A stretch of 64,000 nucleotides of DNA from Candidatus Thorarchaeota archaeon (GTDB taxonomy: Archaea > Asgardarchaeota > Thorarchaeia > Thorarchaeales > Thorarchaeaceae), in assembly GCA_048882385.1 (NCBI GenBank), contig JBHLRQ010000003.1, positions 1 to 64,000 on the forward strand, given 5' to 3'. The position numbers were made by a program, and so were the translations under genes. Numbering within the stretch: the stretch's first letter is position 1; each line of letters opens with the position of its first letter. Of this stretch, positions 1 to 10,305 are shown piece by piece. The notes under the pieces are model-generated. The model ran no database searches. It was not told the DNA's origin and saw only the letters and a list, made by a program, of their open reading frames with translations.

Positions 1-1485
1 GGTCTAAGCTCCACAAAAGCTGCCAATATTGTTGCTGCTGCCAAGGAGCTTATTCATTCCCAGGAACTAGCTCGTATCACGGGTGAACCAGATGTGATTG
101 AGCAAATTATTTCTGCCAAGACATCCACAAAGATGGAAACACCTGAGAAGAAGAAAGTAGAGAAGAAGCCCGCAGCTAAGAAACCCAAGAAGAAGCCTGT
201 TCCAAAGAAAGCTGCAACGAAGAAGAAACCTGCAAAGAAACCAAAAGTTCCTCCAAAGAGGACGAAACCCAAAGCCGTAAAGAAAGAATCTGGCTTACCA
301 GTTCCAAAAGCAGTAGCAGAGTTTGCTGTCGAGATGAAAGAGAAATGGGCTACTGCTGAGAAGCAGGCAAAGTCTCCGGAATCTGAAGATGCAATACCAC
401 TGGTTGAAACAGTAGAGGTCGTGAGTCTGACTGCTGATGACACTACTGAGAGGATTGTTGATACTGCCTTAGATATTCTCAATGAAACAATGATGACAGG
501 AAGACCGGCTTTTGATATTCCCAGTAGAGGAGGAGACAACATCGTTTGGGATGAAGTACGAGACCTTTTGCTACTTGGGATGAAGACAATTTCAAGACCC
601 TATCACTCACTAGCATCAGTGGTTGATGCAACAAGAACAGCAAGGGTCATGGAAATTGTATTTAACCTCCTGAAGTCCAACCTACATGCTACCAAACGAG
701 AGGTCTACTATAGTGATGTCAACCTCTTTAGAGAGCAGAAATATAGTGACAAGATCATTGAAGATGTTGCTTCAATGATTCAAACTACACGAGATAGTAT
801 TCATGTCGTTGCTTCAGCGCGAGGATCTGCAATGGGTCGAGTGACAATTCGAGATGGTGGTGATCTCATTGATCTCACCAAAATGGGAACAGGTGGATGG
901 GCTGTAACTCCCTTCTTGGATCAGCTCGAGATTATTGAAAGTGATGCAGAATTCATTATCCTTTCAGAGAAGGATGCAGCAGTCATGCGACTAGCAGAAG
1001 CCAAGTACTGGAATCGCCAACCCTGTATAGTGCTTACGGGAAAAGGATCAGGTGACATAGCCACAAGAGCTTTCTTGAAGATGTTAGTCAAAGAGTTAGA
1101 GATTCCTGCATTTGCACTTGTTGACTCTGACCCATATGGACACTATATCTACTCAGTATTCCTAAGAGGAAGTAAACGCCTGAGTTACGAATCACCCTTC
1201 ATTGCAACTCCTGAACTGAAACTCCTAGGTGTTTTGAGCAGAGACCTTGATGAGTACAAGATTCCAAAATCTGTGAGAATTCCGATGCAGCCTACTGACA
1301 TTAAACGCGTCAAGGATATGTTGAAAGAACCCTTTGTAAAGCGAAACAAACCCTGGGTTGAAGATCTAGAACTCATGCTTAGATTAAAGGAGAAAGCTGA
1401 GATTCAAGCATTTGCTAGTCACAGCTTTGAATACTTGACTGACGAATATCTACCACAGAAGCTTGAATCCGGCGATTGGATATAG
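1..1485 (+). CDS. top6A: DNA topoisomerase VI subunit A with N-terminal extension (5' partial; frame open from base 1)
   Basis: KREVYY catalytic Tyr, Toprim motifs EKDA and DSDPYG, C-terminal KAEIQA; frame 1 has no stop from base 1 (GLSSTKAANIVAAAKEL...) so the gene starts before the window. Confidence 0.95.
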   Translation, partial: GLSSTKAANIVAAAKELIHSQELARITGEPDVIEQIISAKTSTKMETPEKKKVEKKPAAKKPKKKPVPKKAATKKKPAKKPKVPPKRTKPKAVKKESGLPVPKAVAEFAVEMKEKWATAEKQAKSPESEDAIPLVETVEVVSLTADDTTERIVDTALDILNETMMTGRPAFDIPSRGGDNIVWDEVRDLLLLGMKTISRPYHSLASVVDATRTARVMEIVFNLLKSNLHATKREVYYSDVNLFREQKYSDKIIEDVASMIQTTRDSIHVVASARGSAMGRVTIRDGGDLIDLTKMGTGGWAVTPFLDQLEIIESDAEFIILSEKDAAVMRLAEAKYWNRQPCIVLTGKGSGDIATRAFLKMLVKELEIPAFALVDSDPYGHYIYSVFLRGSKRLSYESPFIATPELKLLGVLSRDLDEYKIPKSVRIPMQPTDIKRVKDMLKEPFVKRNKPWVEDLELMLRLKEKAEIQAFASHSFEYLTDEYLPQKLESGDWI

Positions 1486-1572
1486 AAACAAAGAGTTTTC
1501 GTGCCACAAGTGAGCTCTTATTACTAGATGAGTATGAATTAGGCTAACTATAGAAAATTTCGAGGCATTCAT

Positions 1573-2502
1573 ATGATAGTTTCTAAAGTAGGCACAGAGG
1601 TCATTGATAGCCACGCACATTTCTTCACTTATAATACAATCAAGCGGTGGTTGGATAGTGGAGCATCTCTTGAACGAATGCAGAATAGAGTTTCTTTTCA
1701 GACAGACATGCCTGAACTTACTATACCCGATGAAAATTGGGACGCTGGTCAAATGTGGGCTGATGAACTTGATAAATATGGCATAACAGCAATTGGAATG
1801 ATGATTGGTGAAGAAGTTTGGGATGAATTCAATGAAACTAGGAAACGCTTTCCTGGACGATTTTTAGGCTATGCAAATATCAATCCAGCAGAAGAGAAAG
1901 CAGTTGACATGGTGAAAAGAGCTGGAAAGGACGGATTTCAGGGAATTAAACTCTATCCGAGCTCATGGGATTTTCACGCTTATGATGAACGCGTCTATCC
2001 AATATTCGAAGAAGCAAAGAAACAGAATCTATTAGTTATTCTGCACTTTGGAATTACTATCGGTAGCCAAGCTAATTTGCGATTTGGGAATCCTCTTGAT
2101 ATTCAGAAACCTGCTCAAGACTATCCTGAGCTGAATTTTATGATTGCCCACTTTGGAGCTGGATTCTTTCGGGAGGTTCTCATGCTAATGTATCAGACTC
2201 ACAATGTCGTGATGGACACAAGTGGCAGCAATAGTTGGATGACATATCTACCATATGATCTTACAATCACCAAGATTTTCGAACGGGCGCTCAAGGCAGG
2301 TGCCTCCTGCAGGGTTGTTTTTGGTACTGATTCCTCCTTCTTCCCTCGTGGATTCCGATACAACATACTCGAAGAGCAATACAAAGCTGTAAGATCACTC
2401 CTACCCCAATTCAACTATACCCAAGATGATGTGGATTTGATATTCCGGAACAACATTCTCAGACTGACCGGATTTAAACCGAGAACAATTCTCAAAGGTT
2501 AA
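1573..2502 (+). CDS. Amidohydrolase family protein (Amidohydro_2-like)
   Basis: IDSHAH metal motif, GIKLYP, LHFG, AHFG, FGTDS motifs. Confidence 0.85.
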   Translation: MIVSKVGTEVIDSHAHFFTYNTIKRWLDSGASLERMQNRVSFQTDMPELTIPDENWDAGQMWADELDKYGITAIGMMIGEEVWDEFNETRKRFPGRFLGYANINPAEEKAVDMVKRAGKDGFQGIKLYPSSWDFHAYDERVYPIFEEAKKQNLLVILHFGITIGSQANLRFGNPLDIQKPAQDYPELNFMIAHFGAGFFREVLMLMYQTHNVVMDTSGSNSWMTYLPYDLTITKIFERALKAGASCRVVFGTDSSFFPRGFRYNILEEQYKAVRSLLPQFNYTQDDVDLIFRNNILRLTGFKPRTILKG

Positions 2503-3737
2503 GCTTTCCTGATTTTCTTATCAAGCCCTTTGAGTCTCTTTCTATCTTCGCCTTCACGGAATTTTGCAGCTGCTTCTTGGTATTTTGCTAATGCGTCTCG
2601 GGAGCGCCCCTCCTTTGAGAGCCGGTCTCCTTCTGACTCGAGATATTTACCCCACTCAACGTAGGCCTCGCGAACTTTTGCAGTGCAATTTGCTCTCTTT
2701 TTCGCATCTGTGCTAAACATATAGAGTTCTCTTGCCTTTCTGAATTGGACAATTGCCCACTCGTACTCACTTGCCTTTAGATGGTTCTCCCCTTGCTCAA
2801 AATGAAACATCGCCATTGCATCATAGCCCGTGTCTACACGCTTGGTACTCTCCTGCACACCTTTCTCATTCCCAGCTTTTTCGAACAACATCTTTGCCAT
2901 CTCAAACGATTCAATGGCTTTCTCGTGTTCGTTTTCTTTGAGGTGATGCATACCGTGTTCAAGTCTGGCTCTACCCATTGCGTCGAATACGTAATCTGGG
3001 TATTCAAAATCGTCGGATGTCAAATCAATGCCGCAGTTTGGACACGCAGGAATCTCGAGTTCTCTCAGAGGGGCTGGTCCAATTTTAGATGGTTTTCCAA
3101 CTACAACATCAATGAATGTTCTTGTCGTACTTCCTCTGCCTTCGGGAAATAAGTGCTCTACTGCCTCCTTTGTTTCCTCGCGGACTTCACTAGGAACGCC
3201 ATCCGGGAAAAGATGATCGAGCGCCTCTTCTGTTGTCACAGGTACTTCTTCTGCATAGACTCTTGGAGGTTCAATTTCTGTGAATGGCATTCCAACCTTG
3301 ATCTCATCTTTGTCCCATTCAAGATCAGTACTTCGACCTCCAGAATCCTCAACCTCGACAGGATTCTCTTCTAGTAGTGATAGATCCTCTGCTTCTGCAG
3401 TGTCAGCGACGGGTAATGTACTATCATCCCAACTCAGGTCCGCCTCTTTTGGATCTATATCGACAGCTGACGGTGGTTCTTCCCAACTTAATTTGTCATC
3501 TGTTAATTTATCAGGTGCCGCTGGAGTTGGTTCATCTGACACCATTTCTTCAAGAGCTGATTCCTCAAGACTTGGAAGCGCGTCGCTATTGTCTTCAGTT
3601 TCATCCATTATTGATTCTCCTAGTTCTGATGGCGCAAGTGGGACATCATCAGGTATCTGATTTCCACAACCAATGCAGAAGGTTGAACCTCTCCTTAGCC
3701 TTTTTCCGCATTTTGGGCAAAGTATCTGGTCCTGCAT
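2499..3737 (-). CDS. Zinc-ribbon, acidic linker, TPR/SNAP-like helical repeat protein
   Basis: CPKCG..FCIGCG N-terminal ribbon, second CPNCG, C-terminal TPR-like helices (KAIESFEMAKMLF, WAIVQFRKARELY, DALAKYQEAAAKF); start moved to ATG 3737 (MQDQILC) to avoid overlap. Confidence 0.7.
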   Translation of the reverse strand: MQDQILCPKCGKRLRRGSTFCIGCGNQIPDDVPLAPSELGESIMDETEDNSDALPSLEESALEEMVSDEPTPAAPDKLTDDKLSWEEPPSAVDIDPKEADLSWDDSTLPVADTAEAEDLSLLEENPVEVEDSGGRSTDLEWDKDEIKVGMPFTEIEPPRVYAEEVPVTTEEALDHLFPDGVPSEVREETKEAVEHLFPEGRGSTTRTFIDVVVGKPSKIGPAPLRELEIPACPNCGIDLTSDDFEYPDYVFDAMGRARLEHGMHHLKENEHEKAIESFEMAKMLFEKAGNEKGVQESTKRVDTGYDAMAMFHFEQGENHLKASEYEWAIVQFRKARELYMFSTDAKKRANCTAKVREAYVEWGKYLESEGDRLSKEGRSRDALAKYQEAAAKFREGEDRKRLKGLDKKIRKA

Positions 3738-3841
3738 TTTAAACCCGCAATCCCGTAGTTTACAGTTCAGACTGCATATTAGACTCTGATGTTTTACATA
3801 TGAACAATCTTCGTACAAAACAACTAATTGCGTATTTCGAC

Positions 3842-4477
3842 TCATAAAGGTATAAAGAGTAGAAAGTAGGTTGTCCATGAAATAGCAAAAGCTATGATAA
3901 CACCACCCACTGACTGCTCAATTGTATGTTGTTTCAGAATCATTCTAGCCCATATGACTAATGCCCAAACTATTACAACAAGAAATGCAGGAAAACCAAA
4001 AACATAGATTAGTGCAGCACCCGGACCTCCTACACCAGCTCCATGTACAGATATTTTCCATTTGAAACTAACAAGAGTAACTCCCAGGGTGACAGCAAAA
4101 TATGCTGCTGCTAGTGTACTCATTATGTGACAGCTTAGATAGCTGTATACAGAAAACGCAAGGATGTCACACATCATTGAGAATATGAAGAATTTTGTTC
4201 TACTCTCTCTTACCGACACATCTAGGTCCACATTCCCTCTCCACGCTTCAAAAACGATTGGGACAATAGGAAGGATGACCATTATTATGATACAGAGGAG
4301 AATTGATGAGAGTGGATCAAGAATTGGTCCTAGACCAATTGGAGACATCAAAGAAAAGATGATTCCTACGTATAAATTGACTAGTGGAGCTGGAGTAACC
4401 CTCGAAATTACGCGTGAAATTGTGACACGTCGTCCACTCAATTCTAGCAGTTCATCATGGTATTTCACTAGAGTCAC
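3842..4477 (-). CDS. PAP2-like integral membrane protein
   Basis: Several hydrophobic helices; WKISVH and WARMILKQHT..Q motifs of PAP2-related membrane proteins. Confidence 0.65.
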   Translation of the reverse strand: MTLVKYHDELLELSGRRVTISRVISRVTPAPLVNLYVGIIFSLMSPIGLGPILDPLSSILLCIIIMVILPIVPIVFEAWRGNVDLDVSVRESRTKFFIFSMMCDILAFSVYSYLSCHIMSTLAAAYFAVTLGVTLVSFKWKISVHGAGVGGPGAALIYVFGFPAFLVVIVWALVIWARMILKQHTIEQSVGGVIIAFAISWTTYFLLFIPL

Positions 4478-4673
4478 CGGATTAATTTTGAGAATTCAAT
4501 CCATATCTTCAATCTTTTCTTTGAAATCTTAGTCACGGCTTATATTCTTCTCAATATCCTGTCTTCTTCAGACATAGGCAATCGCTACATCAAGCTACTG
4601 GTTATATGACAACAAGCTTTTTCTTTGTCCATTTATCACCTTTGAGATACCAGAACACCATGAAACTGCTAGG

Positions 4674-4997
4674 ATGTGTACTAAATACATGACAGCGATG
4701 CCCAAACGTGAGATTTTCGAGCGGATTATCCAGAATATTACAAGCAAGTTTCCTGATGTTTATGCAGCTCTATTCATTAGTCCTGAGGGATTCCCAATCA
4801 ACACATGGGGAGTTACCCTCGAAAGAGCTGAAGAGATTTCTGCTCTTCTCAGTGCTTTGATTGGTAAGACTTGGGAGATTGTTAGGGGTGTAAAAGAGGG
4901 TGGTGAACTCGCTTTCATTCAAATTCAGACTAATTTGGGTGGAATTAGAATTGCACCGCAAGAGGAGTTCATTCTTGTTACACTAACAAGAAGCTAA
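4674..4997 (+). CDS. Roadblock/LC7 domain protein
   Basis: ALFISPEGFPI..., EEISALLSAL pattern, ~100 aa. Confidence 0.75.
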   Translation: MCTKYMTAMPKREIFERIIQNITSKFPDVYAALFISPEGFPINTWGVTLERAEEISALLSALIGKTWEIVRGVKEGGELAFIQIQTNLGGIRIAPQEEFILVTLTRS

Positions 4998-5143
4998 TCG
5001 AACAATTGTTGTCAAATGATATAGCCACATCACTCGGTTTATTCACTAGTGCTATTTTTATACTGAGTCAGACGATTCTATGATGTCAACATACCTACTC
5101 AATCTAAACAAATAATGAGATTGAATGATATTGGGAGGTCTTC

Positions 5144-6196
5144 TTGATGTCACCAAAGAAGAAAGCAGATGACGAAGACGAGGAATTAGACTACGAAGAT
5201 TTCGAAGGAAGCGAAGAAATATCGAATGATGAAATTGGAAGCGATGAAGGTCTATCCGGACTAGAAGTCACGGATCTTCCAGGTGTTGGACCTGCAATCG
5301 GGAAGAGATTAGCAGAGAATGGCTACAAAAGTGTCGAAGCAATTGCTGTTGCGACACCCGGTGAGCTAGCGGCAGCAGGCTCTATTGGTGAAACTACCGC
5401 GACAAAAATAATCAAGGCTGCTCGTGAGATGTTAGAGATTGGCTTTGAAACTGCAGATTTGCTCCTTGAAAGACGAAAAACTGCAGGTCGTATAAGTACT
5501 GGGTCAAAAGCACTCGATGAAATGTTTGGCGGCGGACTGGAAACACAGAGTATAACTGAGATGTACGGTTCATTTAGATCCGGAAAGACTCAGATGGCTC
5601 ATCAACTCGCAGTCAATGTTCAACGTTCTCCAGAGGAAGGAGGTCTAAATGCAACTGCAATCTATGTTGACACAGAAGGCACCTTCAGACCAGAACGACT
5701 GGTGGATATGGCTGAGGCACATGGCATGGATTCAGCCAAGGTTCTCAAGAATGTTGTTTGGGCCAGGGCATACAATTCTGATCATCAGATTCTCCTCTGT
5801 GATCAAGCAATGGAAATGGCAACTGATTACAACGCAAAACTCCTTGTTGTCGACTCAGTAACAAGTCATTTTCGAGCAGAATATACCGGTCGAGGTACAC
5901 TCGCTGCTAGACAACAGAAACTCAACAAGCACTTGCATCATCTACAACGAGGTGCGGAGATTAATAACCTGGCTGTATACATTACAAATCAAGTGATGGC
6001 TAGACCTGATGCATTCTTTGGGGATCCAACAGCTCCTGTCGGTGGACATGTTTTAGCTCATGTACCTCAAACTCGCTGCTATCTAAGGAAGTCAAAAGGC
6101 GAACGCCGAATCTGTCGTCTTGTTGATTCACCAAACCTTCCGGAAGGTGAAGCAGTGTTCACTGTCATGAAGGAAGGAATACGTGACGTTGCTTAA
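5144..6196 (+). CDS. radA: DNA repair and recombination protein RadA
   Basis: HhH DLPGVGP, Walker [34 protein letters not shown]; acidic N-terminal tail. Confidence 0.97.
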   Translation: MMSPKKKADDEDEELDYEDFEGSEEISNDEIGSDEGLSGLEVTDLPGVGPAIGKRLAENGYKSVEAIAVATPGELAAAGSIGETTATKIIKAAREMLEIGFETADLLLERRKTAGRISTGSKALDEMFGGGLETQSITEMYGSFRSGKTQMAHQLAVNVQRSPEEGGLNATAIYVDTEGTFRPERLVDMAEAHGMDSAKVLKNVVWARAYNSDHQILLCDQAMEMATDYNAKLLVVDSVTSHFRAEYTGRGTLAARQQKLNKHLHHLQRGAEINNLAVYITNQVMARPDAFFGDPTAPVGGHVLAHVPQTRCYLRKSKGERRICRLVDSPNLPEGEAVFTVMKEGIRDVA

Positions 6197-6205
6197 TCAA
6201 TGATT

Positions 6206-6235
6206 AAGAAGATGGTTTAGAATGACCATCTTCTT
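6206..6235. terminator. Perfect 11-bp hairpin between convergent radA and GGR genes
   Basis: AAGAAGATGGT-N8-ACCATCTTCTT. Confidence 0.6.
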
Positions 6236-6239
6236 TCCA

Positions 6240-7589
6240 TCATTCAAAGTTTGCAGATTCAATTATACTAAGAACTGATTTTTCCCAGCCTTCGAGCCTA
6301 TCAGGACTTGACGGATAATCACTGTAAAGTTTGATAATCTTCTTCATGAGTCCAGCTGCTTTCTGAAGTTTCAGGAGTAATGAGATCCGACCAGCTCCTC
6401 GTTTAACACGTTTCATTTTATCCGTAATACTAAGTGAGAGACCATCACCCCGATTTGCCGCCATCAAATCATTTGCTTCAAGAAGTCGCTTCTCAAATCC
6501 ATAGTCCATATCCTCATCGGAAACAGATTGAAGTAGACGTCGGAAAATCTCTAGAGATGCAAGTCTTCTACCAAAGTTACTCAGATAGCTAATATTGTAT
6601 TGCCAAAGTCCCTGGGCTTCAAGGTTCCTTCGTGCTATTGCTCCTTTGATTACTTCTCCGAGGATAATTCCTGCTCGCATCCCGGCTCCTATTCCGCCTC
6701 CATGAATTGGATTTACTTGACAAGCTGCATCACCAACAAAGGCAACTCCATTTGCTACTAGACTCTTGATTGGCCTTCTTACTGGAACAGCACCTCCTTT
6801 ACCATCAATTAGTTTGCTGTCAAATAGAAGTGGATATGATTCTTTGAATTTTTCAAAGTGCACTTTTGGAGAGCCTTTACCTTTCCCACCTGTTATGCCA
6901 ACTCCTGCATTAACCTCTTGCAAGCCCTTTGGAAAAATCCAAGCATAACCTTGTGGTGCGACATCTCCACCCAAAAGGACTCGTGCTACCTCTGGCTCAG
7001 CAAGGGGCATCTTGAGAGTAAGTATTTCTCTATAACAAAGAGCAATATCTTCCTTGGCTATATCCTTCTCTACTAATTCACTATCTATCTTGTTCCTAAT
7101 TGTAGCTGCAAATCCACTTGCATCAACAACTACTTTGCATCGAATTATTTTCTCCTCGCCCGAGTCGTCTTTGTATTCGATTCCAGTGATTTGGCTTCCA
7201 CGAATTGTTGGTCCTCCAACATGAGTTTCGGGTTGAAAAATTACTCCTGCATCGATGGCTTCTTTCAGCAGTCTTTGTCCAAAATTAAGTCGATTTACTG
7301 TCCATCCATCGAATTCAGTCCATCCCCGAACCTTTAGCTCATTAACCATACTGGGAGGATAAACATCAGCACCATGTATGACTGTGGAGATCTCGTCTCC
7401 CTCTGGATAATCTATTCCTGTTGCTTCAAAGTGTGATTTACTAACTTCATCTCCACACACTTTCTTACCAATGAGGTTTTTTGGTTTTCTATCCAAAAGT
7501 ACTGTTTTTAGACCAAGTTCTGCACATCTTCTTGCAGTTACACAACCTGCCGAACCGGCTCCAACTATGATAACGTCAACTCTCTTCAA
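6240..7589 (-). CDS. Digeranylgeranylglycerophospholipid reductase / geranylgeranyl reductase family
   Basis: GAGSAG FAD motif, KVCGD, PQGYAWIFPKG, VGDAACQVNPIHGGGI. Confidence 0.9.
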   Translation of the reverse strand: MKRVDVIIVGAGSAGCVTARRCAELGLKTVLLDRKPKNLIGKKVCGDEVSKSHFEATGIDYPEGDEISTVIHGADVYPPSMVNELKVRGWTEFDGWTVNRLNFGQRLLKEAIDAGVIFQPETHVGGPTIRGSQITGIEYKDDSGEEKIIRCKVVVDASGFAATIRNKIDSELVEKDIAKEDIALCYREILTLKMPLAEPEVARVLLGGDVAPQGYAWIFPKGLQEVNAGVGITGGKGKGSPKVHFEKFKESYPLLFDSKLIDGKGGAVPVRRPIKSLVANGVAFVGDAACQVNPIHGGGIGAGMRAGIILGEVIKGAIARRNLEAQGLWQYNISYLSNFGRRLASLEIFRRLLQSVSDEDMDYGFEKRLLEANDLMAANRGDGLSLSITDKMKRVKRGAGRISLLLKLQKAAGLMKKIIKLYSDYPSSPDRLEGWEKSVLSIIESANFE

Positions 7590-7695
7590 TATCTATCGAT
7601 GTTCTAGTGACGATTTGAGATTTAAATGCCTGCATGATTACCATGCATGTTGAACGGGCAAAACGGTTATCTATTCAAGGTACGGGCTTCGAAAC

Positions 7696-8970
7696 ATGAA
7701 CTCCTTGGTTGTTGTTGGTCTTCAATGGGGTGATGAGGGAAAGGGTAAGATTGTTGACTTCTTATCTGAAGAATTTGACATTGTTGCACGTTTCCAAGGT
7801 GGTAGTAATGCAGGTCACACTGTGGTTGTAGGTGAAGAGGTTCACAAGTTTCGGATTATTCCAACAGGAGCTGTTAGAGGTAAATCGGTGGTCATTGGAA
7901 ACGGTGTAGTTGTAGATCCTATTGTTCTCTGGACTGAGATTGAACAGCTAAGAGCTGTTGGCATTGATGTGAAGTTACTAATCAGTGATAGAGCCCACGT
8001 GATTACTCCCTTTCACGTTCAGATTGATGGTCTTCAAGAAACCTCGAAAGGTGAGTTGATGATTGGCACAACAAAACGAGGAATAGGTCCTACGTATGCT
8101 GACAAAGTATCAAGAATAGGTGTAAGATTCTGTGATTTCGTACAATATAATAAAACTGAACAATGGGAACTATTAGAGAAATCATCGAAGAATCGTATTG
8201 AAACTGTTTACAGAGCTGAGATTGACTCGTCTTCAGAAGCTGAGTTCTTCGAGAAAATTCAGAAACTGCTTCAATATGTTGGAGATTGTGGAAACTATCT
8301 AGAAACTGAAATGAAATCTGGAAAACGTGTGCTGTTCGAAGGAGCACAAGGAACACTTCTCGATATCGACCATGGAACCTACCCCTTTGTCACGAGTTCG
8401 AACTGTGTTTCCGCAAATGCTGCTACAGGCACAGGAATTCCATTTTCAAGATTGGATGCAGTTATTGGAATATGTAAGGCATATGTTACTAGAGTGGGAA
8501 CTGGCCCATTTCCAACTGAACTAGAGGACAAAATTGGACAGCATTTACGAGACCTTGGAAAGGAATATGGTACAGTCACTGCTCGTCCTCGAAGATGTGG
8601 ATGGCTAGACATGGTTGCTCTCAAATATGCAACTCGAATCAATGGTTGCAAATATCTTGCTTTGACTAAAGCAGATGTTCTTACAGGAGTGGATCCCTTG
8701 AAGATCTGTGTAGCCTATGACTATGATGGTTCAGAATTGCAAACACCGCCAGCAAATTCTCAGGAATATTCTGAAGTAAGACCTGTCTATGAGGAGATCG
8801 AAGGATGGTCTCGTCTTTCTGATGATATCTCCTTTGAAGAACTTCCGATTCAATTGAAGGACTATATTTCTTTCATTGAACAAGAAACTAGAACTCAAGT
8901 TGGAATTGTATCAGTCGGTCCCAAACGTTCTCAAACTATTATCATTCCGGAAGTGTTACCAATAGGTTAG
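7696..8970 (+). CDS. purA: Adenylosuccinate synthetase
   Basis: GLQWGDEGKGK, GGSNAGHT, GTTKRGIGPTY, EGAQG, RPRRCGWLD. Confidence 0.97.
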   Translation: MNSLVVVGLQWGDEGKGKIVDFLSEEFDIVARFQGGSNAGHTVVVGEEVHKFRIIPTGAVRGKSVVIGNGVVVDPIVLWTEIEQLRAVGIDVKLLISDRAHVITPFHVQIDGLQETSKGELMIGTTKRGIGPTYADKVSRIGVRFCDFVQYNKTEQWELLEKSSKNRIETVYRAEIDSSSEAEFFEKIQKLLQYVGDCGNYLETEMKSGKRVLFEGAQGTLLDIDHGTYPFVTSSNCVSANAATGTGIPFSRLDAVIGICKAYVTRVGTGPFPTELEDKIGQHLRDLGKEYGTVTARPRRCGWLDMVALKYATRINGCKYLALTKADVLTGVDPLKICVAYDYDGSELQTPPANSQEYSEVRPVYEEIEGWSRLSDDISFEELPIQLKDYISFIEQETRTQVGIVSVGPKRSQTIIIPEVLPIG

Positions 8971-9506
8971 ACATGTTTTCTCTCAATCATTAGAATTGAT
9001 AGAATAATCAATCCCGCAATCACAATCAACAAGGGTGGCACATAGTTTAGCAGGATTTCAAAGTATCCTAGAATCGTGGAGGGATCCAATGCAATTATCG
9101 TCAAATGACCCCACACAAGTAGAGAACCATATACGGCAAAAATGGGATATAAGATTGGAGCTCCAGTTATTACTAATAGCAAAATAATGACTGCAAGTCG
9201 ATTTTTTGTTGGGTCAAATAAAGGAACAGGAATGGTTTCTTGGTCACTGATTTGAAAATAATAAAGTGCTAAGATTGTTGGAAACCGCATTTTGATTAAT
9301 TCCAAAACTTGAACTCCAAGCTGAATTGAAAGGAATAGGAATGTGTGAACCAGCATATAGCTTAGAAGTAATAGATTGAGAATAGGATAATTCGGGTCAG
9401 AGAAAAGCTGAAGACTCTCTATGATTCCTACAAGAACTGAGAAATTGATTAAGAACAGGATGATATGTCCAAGTATTCCTTTCACATATCCCTGTGTTGA
9501 TACCAT
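8967..9506 (-). CDS. Hypothetical integral membrane protein
   Basis: 179-aa ORF with about four hydrophobic segments, co-oriented downstream of a small GTPase. Confidence 0.6.
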   Translation of the reverse strand: MVSTQGYVKGILGHIILFLINFSVLVGIIESLQLFSDPNYPILNLLLLSYMLVHTFLFLSIQLGVQVLELIKMRFPTILALYYFQISDQETIPVPLFDPTKNRLAVIILLLVITGAPILYPIFAVYGSLLVWGHLTIIALDPSTILGYFEILLNYVPPLLIVIAGLIILSILMIERKHV

Positions 9507-9529
9507 CCGTATCCTTCCTAGTGGTCTTA

Positions 9530-10129
9530 TCAGACTCCCAGCTTGAATGGTTTTGGAGGTTGCGTTCCTGACATTTCATCGAGAGGACCGAGTTGCTGTT
9601 GTTTCTCTATCGCTCTGGTCACCAAATCAGTAAAGAGTGGATTGATGTTTTCACCAGTCTTTGCTGATGTTTCATAATGCAGTACATCCAACCAATTTAT
9701 TACCATTTGTGCTGCTTCCGGAGGTACTAATCTGTCCTCACGATCAATCTTGTTAGCGACCACTGCAACTACAGCGTTAGGACATACTGTGATGAACTTT
9801 GTGTACCATTCTCCAATGTCCAAGAATGTCTGTGGCCGAGTAACATCATAGACAATAATTGCCATTGATGCTCCAGCCATGTATCTACGTCTGAGCTCAT
9901 TGTAAGTTGGTTGGCCAGCAAGATCCCACAAAACAACACGAGCGGTCACTGTGCTTCCACTGGGTAATACGACGTCTAGAGTCTTCAAAGCAAAAGTAGT
10001 TCCAATTGTGGCTATGTATCGTTCACTGAAACTATCCTCTGTATACCGCTTGATACAACTTGTCTTACCCACAGCGCCATCTCCCAGCGCTACGAGTTTG
10101 AACATGTGTGATATATCCGCAGTAGACAT
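9530..10129 (-). CDS. Rab-like small GTPase
   Basis: G1 GDGAVGKT, G2 ATIG, G3 WDLAGQ, G4 NKID, G5 ETSAK. Confidence 0.93.
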   Translation of the reverse strand: MSTADISHMFKLVALGDGAVGKTSCIKRYTEDSFSERYIATIGTTFALKTLDVVLPSGSTVTARVVLWDLAGQPTYNELRRRYMAGASMAIIVYDVTRPQTFLDIGEWYTKFITVCPNAVVAVVANKIDREDRLVPPEAAQMVINWLDVLHYETSAKTGENINPLFTDLVTRAIEKQQQLGPLDEMSGTQPPKPFKLGV

Positions 10130-10214
10130 TATTTGACGTCCTATATTTCACTAGTACGTACTTCTGCCCGTGCCGAGAATATAAACTATCTGAGTATATC
10201 ATGCAAAATATCGC

Positions 10215-10265
10215 ATGTCCAGAATCGCATTATGGGTCTGGACAAATAACCCTTATACTGGACAT
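10215..10265. promoter_or_regulatory. Inverted-repeat operator-like sites in divergent promoter
   Basis: TGTCCAGA-N13-TCTGGACA plus a third CTGGACAT copy at 10258. Confidence 0.35.
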
Positions 10266-10305
10266 TTTCTATATTCGGATGAATTTCCAGATGTGGTGAT
10301 GGACT

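Noticed and set aside
54-542. Phe-rich minus-strand ORF
   Set aside because: Antisense shadow of the Lys-rich tract in top6A
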